Below are positions 52,175 through 60,443 of a stretch of DNA of 64,000 nt, one piece after another. Under the pieces are notes generated by a model. That model made no database searches. It had not been told where the DNA came from and saw only the letters and a program-made list of their open reading frames with translations. The stretch is taken from positions 96,001 through 160,000 of IMG/VR virus record IMGVR_UViG_3300037781_000042; one strand, given 5' to 3'. Source of the DNA: a virus. Lineage: Duplodnaviria; Caudoviricetes. Both the position numbers and the translations under genes were made by a program. Position 1 is the first letter of the stretch, and every line of letters begins with the position of its first letter.

Positions 52175-53659
52175 TTATATATTGACACTAGATTTACGCA
52201 ATTCTTTTATTTGTTCTTCTAAATCACCTGGATTTTCTTCTACATTAATTCTACGAGCTTTAGGTAAAAAGTCTAATTTTTCTATTTCATTATAACTTAT
52301 ATCTAACATACCCGTTATTTCTTTTTGTAATCCTTCAATAGAAGTAAGTTGATTTCCAAATAATATTATATTTCCTTTTACTAGAGGAATTTCTTTTAAA
52401 GTTTTAAGTTTTGTTCTTTGAGCAAATAAAGACCCATTTACTTTTTTAATATCTTCGAACTTTTCTATTTTAGTAAATCCTACAGTTAAATCTCCATCTA
52501 CAATTTCTGGTCCACCTTTTAAAGAAGTTAAGTACTTATTATTTGAAAGATACAAATCTCCTACTTCCTGTGGGCAATGAAGTAAATTTATAATTTCAGT
52601 ATTTTGACAATCTAAATCTCCTACTTTTACTGGAATTCCTTCTAAAGTCTTTAATGGATTATAAGAACAGTCGTATTCGCGACCTACCTGTTTTGGTCCA
52701 TCTACCAAACTAGGCAAATTGTTATAAGAACAATCAAAAATTCCTTCTACTATTTCTGGAGATCCTTCTAAATTTTCTAATTTATTATTAGAGCAATTGA
52801 AATTTTCTGTAATTTTTCTGAATCTAATTCCTATATCTAATAAACTATTTAAATTTCTTCTAAATAAGTTTATGCTTCCATCATAATCATAAGTTCCATC
52901 TCCATTATCAGTTAACTTATCTTCATTAATTCCATATTTTGTAAGTGTACGATGTAATTGAGCTTGAGGAGAAGTTAATTCTCTAGGCATAAAAATATTT
53001 TCATCAAGTCCTAACTCGTTCATAACATAATGCATTCCTATTTCTGTATCATTTGCATTATAAACAAGTCTTCTTTCATCTTCATAAACAGCTACTGCAA
53101 TTTTGGAATAAGTTTTACTGTGTGATCTATTTTTATCTATAATGTAATAAAGAGTTACTCCTTGATTATAAACATAACTTTTAAAATAATTATCTTTTTT
53201 AGCAGCAGTACACCATCTAGTTCCTGATCCGTATTTACAACTAGATTCTATCGTTTGCGGAACAATAATTAAAAAATCATCATTATCTAATATTACTTCT
53301 ACCTCAGAAGTTTCTTTCTTTTCTTTATCTATTTCCTTTTTTCTTTTAAGTGCTTGTGTAATAAGCGAATCAAATTCTTCATAAGAAAGTCTTTGAATAT
53401 CTGCATTTATTAGATTTCTATTTTCTAATTCATGATAAGTCTCTATAGCAGAAGAAAGTTCAAATGGTTCTACTTTATCTTTTAAATGAAATTCAATTAA
53501 TTTTTCTACATATTTAAAATTAGGACTTGGATCCATCTTTACAAACTCGTCAAACGTTTCCTTATCTATTTTATTTGTATTTAAAAATCTTCTTTTAGCA
53601 CTTGCTTTAGATTCATTTAAACTTAAAAAGTCTCTATAATTTAAAAATTCTTTATTCAT
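52175..53659 (-). CDS. GSGTxWC-domain plus LRR protein (type II) with capsid-targeting-like leader
   Basis: MNKEFLNYRDFLSLNE-SKASAKRRF; DP.P..KY.EK; SCKYGSGTRWCT...YF..Y....LYYII; about 9 C-terminal LRRs (FxCSxNxLxxLxGxP). Confidence 0.8.
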   Translation of the reverse strand: MNKEFLNYRDFLSLNESKASAKRRFLNTNKIDKETFDEFVKMDPSPNFKYVEKLIEFHLKDKVEPFELSSAIETYHELENRNLINADIQRLSYEEFDSLITQALKRKKEIDKEKKETSEVEVILDNDDFLIIVPQTIESSCKYGSGTRWCTAAKKDNYFKSYVYNQGVTLYYIIDKNRSHSKTYSKIAVAVYEDERRLVYNANDTEIGMHYVMNELGLDENIFMPRELTSPQAQLHRTLTKYGINEDKLTDNGDGTYDYDGSINLFRRNLNSLLDIGIRFRKITENFNCSNNKLENLEGSPEIVEGIFDCSYNNLPSLVDGPKQVGREYDCSYNPLKTLEGIPVKVGDLDCQNTEIINLLHCPQEVGDLYLSNNKYLTSLKGGPEIVDGDLTVGFTKIEKFEDIKKVNGSLFAQRTKLKTLKEIPLVKGNIILFGNQLTSIEGLQKEITGMLDISYNEIEKLDFLPKARRINVEENPGDLEEQIKELRKSSVNI

Positions 53660-54816
53660 TATTCTATTATTCTTGGTGGTCTGTTTGAAATTACTTCTAA
53701 TAAACCTAATTCTAACTCATCTCTTTTATTTGATTCTGGATTTATATTTTTAGGAGCTTCTGGAATTCTCCTATCTGGATTTACTTCTAAATTTCCTAAA
53801 TCCAGTTGTTCTCTTCTAGCACTCGAAACATTTAATTCTCCTAAATCTAATTGTTCTCTTTCTGAACTTTCTGCATTTATATTATCAGGAAGTCTAATTT
53901 CTCTTTTAAGTTTTGCTTCTTCAGCAGATTCTTCTTCAATATTTGAAATTTTTATTTTATTTGAATCTTTAAAATCTTGATAATCTTCTTCCTTAGGTCT
54001 TCTTTCGTTTCCTTGTTCTGCATATAAACCAGTTTTAGGTCTAACGAAATTAGTTAAGAAATTAAAGTCTTGTCTATTATCATCACTAAAGTAGCCTGTT
54101 CCTCCATATCCAAATAATTCTTTAGTAGGCAAATTATAAACTTCTAAAATTCTTCTAGGAATAATTTCAAATGTATGTTTTATATCATCTTCGGTTCCTT
54201 CATTAGTAATAGAAGATGCAAGTCCCGAATAATCATCAAAAACAAATTCACAATCTCTAAGCTTTAAAACAATTACTCCTTGAGAATCATCATCATATTC
54301 TAATTTATTTCCATTTCTCTTAAGTAGTATTCTAGGATCTATAAGATAAATAGACATATCAAAAAATCTTAAATTTTTAACTAAAACGTCTCTCATATAT
54401 TTTTTATCTTGAACTGTTGATCTATAAGCTTCCATTAAAGATAAAAATTTCATATCGACAGATTCTCTAGAAGATACCGTAAAAGAAGTTCCTTCAGGAA
54501 GTCTTGGACCTTCGTTATTTAAAGTTAAAAGATCATTTACTCCTGAAAGTTGAGTAAACCACCAAGGTTCTTCAATAGAAAATTTTCTTAATAAATTAAC
54601 AAAATAATCTAATTTTTGAACTCTTAAATCGTCTCCTCTTGAAGATAGAAAATCTCTAGCACCTCCTGAAAGTAATCCAGGTTCTAAAGATTCGTCAGGA
54701 GAAATTCTAGGAAAAAATTCAAAACGCAAACCAAATGTTAAATATAATGGATCTTGAACTCCATCTACACTTCTATTTATAAATCTATTTCTATAATTAT
54801 CGTACTTATTTATCAT
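53659..54816 (-). CDS. Probable tail tube/baseplate-initiator-fold protein with C-terminal low-complexity repeats
   Basis: DPLYLTF.L.F...PWWF..LSG...ES.DM...L...YR....D....R..L..NLR.F.M.IY pattern typical of large-phage tail modules; repeated REQLDLG.L.V in the tail. Confidence 0.4.
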   Translation of the reverse strand: MINKYDNYRNRFINRSVDGVQDPLYLTFGLRFEFFPRISPDESLEPGLLSGGARDFLSSRGDDLRVQKLDYFVNLLRKFSIEEPWWFTQLSGVNDLLTLNNEGPRLPEGTSFTVSSRESVDMKFLSLMEAYRSTVQDKKYMRDVLVKNLRFFDMSIYLIDPRILLKRNGNKLEYDDDSQGVIVLKLRDCEFVFDDYSGLASSITNEGTEDDIKHTFEIIPRRILEVYNLPTKELFGYGGTGYFSDDNRQDFNFLTNFVRPKTGLYAEQGNERRPKEEDYQDFKDSNKIKISNIEEESAEEAKLKREIRLPDNINAESSEREQLDLGELNVSSARREQLDLGNLEVNPDRRIPEAPKNINPESNKRDELELGLLEVISNRPPRIIE

Positions 54817-54826
54817 TTGTATCTAT

Positions 54827-55732
54827 TTAAAATTCTAATCCTGTATCTTCTAAATCTTTAGCTTCTTTATTCCATTTATAAACTTCTTGATTTATAGATA
54901 ATTTAATATTATTTTCTTCTGAATAAGAAAGAAGTTTTCTACATGAGGGTAGATCCCAATCCATTAAATCTTCTATAATCTTCTTTTGTTCTTCTTCTGG
55001 TAAAGATACTAGATATTTTATTGAATCTTCGTATTTTTCTTGAGGTTCAACTTCTATATTTCCTTTAACTTCAAAAGTAAATTTTTTAGAAAGTATATTG
55101 TTACGATGACACCGGAAATCGCCACCTACAGACTTAAGATTTTCAAGACCTTTCAAACTGGTTAACTTGTTACCATGGCACGCAAAAGTACCATCTACAA
55201 ACTTAAGACTTTGAAAACCTTCTAAACTAGTTAACTTATTATAATGCAACCATAAATCCTCTCCTACAGACTTAAGATTCTCAAGCCCTTTTAAACCGGT
55301 TAATTTGTTATTATCACACCTGAAAGAGCCACCTACAAACTCAAGATTCTTAAGACCTTCTAAAGTAGTTAACTGGTTTTTAGAACATAAAAAATAATCA
55401 CGTACAGACTTAAGACTTTCTAAACCTTCTAAACTAGTTAATTTGTTATTAGAACAATCGAAATCGCCACCTACAGACTTAATTCTAAAAGGTAACTTAG
55501 TTAACTTCATTTCACTTAAATTTATATCCCCTGTACAAGAGACATACCCTTCTTCACCTATTGTCCAAGCACCAGATAAACGATGCTTCCTAGTTGGAGT
55601 CTTTTTCCCTTCTAGGTTTTCTTGGATCCATTTTTTAACTTCTCCAGGATCTTCTAAAGGAAACCTAGATTGATCGAAACCTTTGCTTTCGTTTATAAAC
55701 TCTGTATAATTTTTTATCTGTTTAGTTATCAA
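54827..55732 (-). CDS. Capped LRR protein (type I) with capsid-targeting-like leader
   Basis: MITKQIKNYTEFINE; 5.5 regular 22-aa LRRs (66-nt DNA period); C-cap RKLLSY.EENNIKL....VYKWNKEAKDL.DTGLEF shared with 48956..49795. Confidence 0.9.
   Translation of the reverse strand: MITKQIKNYTEFINESKGFDQSRFPLEDPGEVKKWIQENLEGKKTPTRKHRLSGAWTIGEEGYVSCTGDINLSEMKLTKLPFRIKSVGGDFDCSNNKLTSLEGLESLKSVRDYFLCSKNQLTTLEGLKNLEFVGGSFRCDNNKLTGLKGLENLKSVGEDLWLHYNKLTSLEGFQSLKFVDGTFACHGNKLTSLKGLENLKSVGGDFRCHRNNILSKKFTFEVKGNIEVEPQEKYEDSIKYLVSLPEEEQKKIIEDLMDWDLPSCRKLLSYSEENNIKLSINQEVYKWNKEAKDLEDTGLEF
55100..55480 (-). repeat. Coding tandem repeat with 66-nt period (LRR modules)
   Basis: Recurrent ctacagacttaag / ctacaaact(t/c)aag and gttaa(c/t)tt motifs every 66 nt. 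Confidence 0.9.
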
Positions 55733-56161
55733 TTTTCTTTATTTTTGTTTTTTACATTTGCTAACTTCTTTTTAGTTAGTATCAATTTCATCATCATTGC
55801 AAGCAATAATGAATTTTCTTCTCTATTTAATACATAAGCAAAATTTTCTTTTAAAGACCACTTACTGATAAATTCTCTCATATTTAAAGAAGATACATCA
55901 ATTGCAATTGCATCTATTTCTCTAGTAACTTCTTCTGCTCCAAAAGAACCATCGTTATTAAAGCTTCCTAAAAAACTTATTCTTTTAGAATCTACTTCTA
56001 GTTCTAATTCGTCTAAAATTTCTGCTAAAACGTCGTGAGTTTCATCTTGAGGCTCTACTATAAAAGGTCTATTATTTAAAACATTTTCAGAATAATAAAC
56101 TCCTAACTGCCCTTCCTTTGTCATAGTATACAAAAGAAATCCCATTTTAGTATATTCAATA

Positions 56162-57394
56162 TTATTTGGCATTAATACTCCCTAATACTGGAGCCCATCT
56201 TCTCTGTAAAAAATCATACATAGAAGTTTTCTCCTTGTTATTTTTCCAAGTTAACTTTTTCCTTAAAGTAACTCCTTTTAAATCATCAATTGCATCTTTA
56301 CCCAAAGAAGGATTGTTTTCTATTGTCAAGGTACCTGAAATGTTTTTCGGTAAACCTTTTAAACTTGTTAATTTTTTATTTCCTTCTATTTTAAAACTTT
56401 CAACACCTTTAAATTCTGAAAAATCTACGCTTTCTAAAGATTCTAGATCTGTATCAGAAATAACAATTGCTCCTGTTATTTTAAAATCTATATTCTTCAT
56501 TCTAGAAAAATCGATATAAGGAATATCAGAATTTACATAAAAATCTTTAAAATGAATCTGTTCAACGTTTTTTTCAACATTATGTCCTATTTTAGGATTA
56601 TGATTGTGAACTAAAATTTTTCTGCTTTCTCCTTCTGGTTCAGGTTTTTCTAAAAGCTTTTTAATTTTATCTGGTAAAGCATTCCACCAAATTCTTCTTT
56701 CTTCATTCATTCCAGTATCTAAAATAGGATTAAATGAAGAATCAGGTGCGTCCCAAAAATTAGAAAGCTGTCCACTATAATTTACTTGGGCAGCAACCTT
56801 ATATAAAGGATTTTTATCTTCACTCGAAACGGGTTGACTATCAAAAGCTTTGTTTGTTATAACATAAAAATGTTGTCCTTGTCTCCAAAAATAATCGTTC
56901 CAGTGTACTGGAGTTAAAAACGTAATACACCATTTAGTTCCTGATCCTATCTTTTTTGCTCCTGTCCAATTAAATACTAAATGACATCTCCAAGCATCGT
57001 CATCATAAACCATTACACTATTTTCAGAAATTTCTTTTTTCTTCTTTTGTGTATTAGAAATCTTTCCTCTAGCATCTATAATAACTTTTTCAAAGTCATC
57101 TATTTCAGAATATCTTTGAATGTCTTTATCGTTTCCACTTATTATATTTCTATTTGTTTTTTCGTGAAACTCTTCTATTAAATGACTAAGAGCCATTATT
57201 CTTTCCAGTTCCATGATTTGAGAATAATTTTCATGATCTTTCATTTGAAGAAAGAAGTCACACATTTTCTCAATATATTTTTTATTATTTGTTGGATCTG
57301 CAGATAAAAGCTGTGTAAAAGTAGAACTGTTGATTCTTCCAGTTTCTACAAATCTTTGTTCTGCTTGTTTTTTACCTTCATTAAGATGTTGCAT
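56162..57394 (-). CDS. GSGTxWC-domain plus short LRR protein (type II), paralog of 52175..53659
   Basis: MQHLNE-GKKQAEQRF; ADP...KKYIEK; KIGSGTKWCI; HFYVI; KVAA; C-terminal KKLTSLKGLPKNISG.L.I.NN. Confidence 0.8.
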   Translation of the reverse strand: MQHLNEGKKQAEQRFVETGRINSSTFTQLLSADPTNNKKYIEKMCDFFLQMKDHENYSQIMELERIMALSHLIEEFHEKTNRNIISGNDKDIQRYSEIDDFEKVIIDARGKISNTQKKKKEISENSVMVYDDDAWRCHLVFNWTGAKKIGSGTKWCITFLTPVHWNDYFWRQGQHFYVITNKAFDSQPVSSEDKNPLYKVAAQVNYSGQLSNFWDAPDSSFNPILDTGMNEERRIWWNALPDKIKKLLEKPEPEGESRKILVHNHNPKIGHNVEKNVEQIHFKDFYVNSDIPYIDFSRMKNIDFKITGAIVISDTDLESLESVDFSEFKGVESFKIEGNKKLTSLKGLPKNISGTLTIENNPSLGKDAIDDLKGVTLRKKLTWKNNKEKTSMYDFLQRRWAPVLGSINAK

Positions 57395-57433
57395 TCTTAT
57401 TTGTTTTTATTTCTTTTAGTATAGTATATATTT

Positions 57434-58102
57434 CTATTGTTTTACGTACCTGTCTAAGTATTCATAACAACATTTTAAAAACCATTCAAAAGTATCTGTT
57501 CCTTTAAATAATTTTAAATAAACATTCCATATTTGACCTTTAACATGATCTACAGGTTCTACTTCTTGTAAAGTTCTTTCTATTTTTTCTTTATTCCACT
57601 TCAATTGATTTTGGAACTTATTCATTTGTTCATTTGCATAAGCTCTTATTTCTTCAAAAGTAGAAAAATATTTAATATCATCTTCTAAATCAGAGCCTTC
57701 CATAAAAGGTCTTTTAGGATTTAAAGAATCTTGTTGATGTGTCATTTCATGAACTAAAGAATCTTCTAATCTAGACATCCAATTATCCCATTTAGTATCA
57801 TTTTCTTTTATAGAAAGAACATCTGGCTGTAGTAAAATATGTACTTGTTCATCTTTAGAATTATGAAATGCTGGACTTCCTTCTAATTCTGGAAAATCTT
57901 TGTAAGTATGAAATACTACGTCATATTTTTTAGTTACCATTGTTAAATATTCAGCAAGCTCCTCTAAAGAAGTTACTTTAGATTGAATAAAATCTTTAGA
58001 TCTAGCAACGTCTTTTTTAATTAATTCAATAGCATCCCATGGGATTGATGTTGATACTTTTTCATTTATAAATTCTTTATATGTCTTAAATTCTTTATTC
58101 AT
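57434..58102 (-). CDS. HExxH zinc metalloprotease-like (SprT/zincin) protein with capsid-targeting-like leader
   Basis: MNKEFKTYKEFINE; LVHEMTHQQD; downstream YFSTFEEIRAYANE supplies a plausible third ligand. Confidence 0.7.
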   Translation of the reverse strand: MNKEFKTYKEFINEKVSTSIPWDAIELIKKDVARSKDFIQSKVTSLEELAEYLTMVTKKYDVVFHTYKDFPELEGSPAFHNSKDEQVHILLQPDVLSIKENDTKWDNWMSRLEDSLVHEMTHQQDSLNPKRPFMEGSDLEDDIKYFSTFEEIRAYANEQMNKFQNQLKWNKEKIERTLQEVEPVDHVKGQIWNVYLKLFKGTDTFEWFLKCCYEYLDRYVKQ

Positions 58103-58469
58103 TATGGTGTATAATTTTCTAATGGTACTGTTAAATCAATTTTATCTCCATTAAAAGTAAAACATAAAAGATATTCAGGAGTAGTATTTACATTAGCAAC
58201 AAAATAATTTACGAATATGTTTGAAGAAAAATCTACTAATACATTGGCGTCCGAAGTTCCTAAATCGGAATGTGTATACACTTCTAAATTATCTACAAAT
58301 TTCTTTATTACTATTGTTTGATCATCATAATCTAAAGTGTCTTCCAAAAGTATATCAGAAACTTGTTCTAAAGGATATTTCATTACAGGAAATACATCTT
58401 CCTTTAAATACGTTATTACTATAGGATCTAAAATTTTCATATAACTTATATATCCTTAATATATAGTTT

Positions 58470-60443
58470 ATGAAAGATTCTCCTTGTAAAGATTGTAGTT
58501 GCGAGACTATTTATAGAAAAATTGAACGTCCTAAAACATACCAATTCGGGGTAGATAGTGACCAATGGATAAAATATTATGTTCCTGTAGATGATTATGC
58601 GGATGTAGCTGGTGCTGATTATTTTACATCTTATGAGGACATGGAAACAGATTACAATTCTACTGCTTTAGTAGCCTCTTTAGCAACTAAATTTTTATCT
58701 AATGGTCCGGGGTTTGATCCTTGGCACGATACTATAGAAGAAGCTGTAACATATTTAGATAGTTTTGATTATACGTTTGGAGGTTCATTTCCAGCAAATT
58801 CTTTTTATTGGACAATTATTTATGTAACTAATCCTAATTATGGAAAAGAATTACAATATGATTCTTCAGTATTAAGTTGGCCAATAAATCAAGATGCTAT
58901 TTGTTATGACGAATTAAAAGATCCTTTTTGGAAAATTAAATTTCCTATATGTGGATCGAATGGAAAAAAAGACAAAGACAATACTTTTAAATTTAAAGAT
59001 TGTGGTATCTGGAACGTAGAATATAGACTAAGACTTCGTCCTTTAGTATTTTTTGGTTGGCCAGAAGATGGAGATACTTGTGCAGATCATTGGTTAGAAT
59101 CGGGAGAAGAAGTAGATAATACTGAAAATAGAACTAAGCTATGGAATACGTATAGATTTTATAGTGCTATGAAAGAACAGGCAGGAGCAAAATATTTAGG
59201 AATGACTAAGCTTAGATTAGAAACTGGAATATTTAATGAAGATAGTCAAACACAAAAACCTATAGTTTGGTCAGAAGGAAAATATCCTCAGCCAGTAATT
59301 AAATATAAAGACTATTGGGATTCAAATTATGAAAATGGTAAATATCTTTATTATAAGGAATGCTCGCCTACTCAATGGGAAGGAATGCATCCTCATTTAA
59401 TATCTTCTGATATGGAAGAAACTGAAGTAGTTTATAAACAATTTAACTACAGTTTTACTTCAGGTTCTGTAAGTGAAGGATTATTTGAAGTAACTACAAA
59501 TGATTTTGATAATCCTGGCGATATTATTCTTTCTAAAAAATCACAACTAAAAGGAGATCAATATAATACAGCAGACATTCCTTTAAAATATAGGTTAGAT
59601 GAACCTGATAGATTTTTCAGTAACTGTTTAGAAAATCAATATGCTTCTCCAACAGGAGATGTTGAAATTGTACAAAGAGCTTTTATAAATGGTGAATGGA
59701 AAAAACTTCGTAAAGTTAGTTATAGTTTAATAGAAGTCGTAGAAAATCCTACTTCAGTTACTTTAGATGTAGATGTAGGAACAGTTATTAATTATGATGT
59801 AGGTAACATTGAAGATACTGATACATTTTATAATGGAACTACGTATAAAACAAAATATGAAATTTTAGTAAGTATAGAAAAAGTAACTAAATCTGTTCCT
59901 AAAATGGATTATGCAAACGTTACTATAGGAAATGTTACTGAATTAACAGATGATTTTGTTTATGAATTGGAAGGATTTACTCATGTAGATATGGATAAAC
60001 AAAAAGAAATTTCTATTTATCTTAAAGCTTTACCAGATTCTCCTAGCGGGCATCCTTTAGAACATGATACTGGATTTACAATGCCAGGTATTTCTTCTAT
60101 ACAACCAACTAAAAATGGATCTGACCCTGCAATTATAAATGAATCAGATACCATGCCTGAAAAATATTGGCCTTGGGGTGTACTTTCTGCAGATGAAAGA
60201 ACAGGCTATCAAGAACAATTTAAAAAAGTATACGAACCTTTACTTCCTATTCGTCCTGATCTTATTGATTTTGATGCTACTGGAACTGGGATAATAGATA
60301 ATGTTAGAGCAGGGCAAGCATATAGATGGGGTCACGTTCTTTCTGATGAAAATTGGATAGGAAGAAAAAATCCTTTCTGGTATATTATGATAGAAGAAGG
60401 ATGGATTAGATTAACTAAAACATGCGAAGGTTGTTGTGATTAA
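58470..60443 (+). CDS. Large hypothetical, probable virion protein with Cys-rich termini
   Basis: 657 aa; begins CKDCSC and ends CEGCCD; preceded by the ATATATAGTTT motif. Confidence 0.45.
   Translation: MKDSPCKDCSCETIYRKIERPKTYQFGVDSDQWIKYYVPVDDYADVAGADYFTSYEDMETDYNSTALVASLATKFLSNGPGFDPWHDTIEEAVTYLDSFDYTFGGSFPANSFYWTIIYVTNPNYGKELQYDSSVLSWPINQDAICYDELKDPFWKIKFPICGSNGKKDKDNTFKFKDCGIWNVEYRLRLRPLVFFGWPEDGDTCADHWLESGEEVDNTENRTKLWNTYRFYSAMKEQAGAKYLGMTKLRLETGIFNEDSQTQKPIVWSEGKYPQPVIKYKDYWDSNYENGKYLYYKECSPTQWEGMHPHLISSDMEETEVVYKQFNYSFTSGSVSEGLFEVTTNDFDNPGDIILSKKSQLKGDQYNTADIPLKYRLDEPDRFFSNCLENQYASPTGDVEIVQRAFINGEWKKLRKVSYSLIEVVENPTSVTLDVDVGTVINYDVGNIEDTDTFYNGTTYKTKYEILVSIEKVTKSVPKMDYANVTIGNVTELTDDFVYELEGFTHVDMDKQKEISIYLKALPDSPSGHPLEHDTGFTMPGISSIQPTKNGSDPAIINESDTMPEKYWPWGVLSADERTGYQEQFKKVYEPLLPIRPDLIDFDATGTGIIDNVRAGQAYRWGHVLSDENWIGRKNPFWYIMIEEGWIRLTKTCEGCCD

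Noticed and set aside
55100-55480. Regular 66-nt repeats resembling a CRISPR array
   Set aside because: They are in-frame LRR codons within an intact ORF; there is no invariant repeat/unique spacer structure and no cas genes.
55729-56172. Nudix hydrolase call
   Set aside because: Only a faint resemblance (LAEILDELEL...FLGSF); the GX5EX7REUXEEXGU box is absent.
48956-57394. Diversity-generating retroelement acting on the LRR genes
   Set aside because: No reverse transcriptase and no template/variable repeat pair differing only at adenines; the differences involve all bases.
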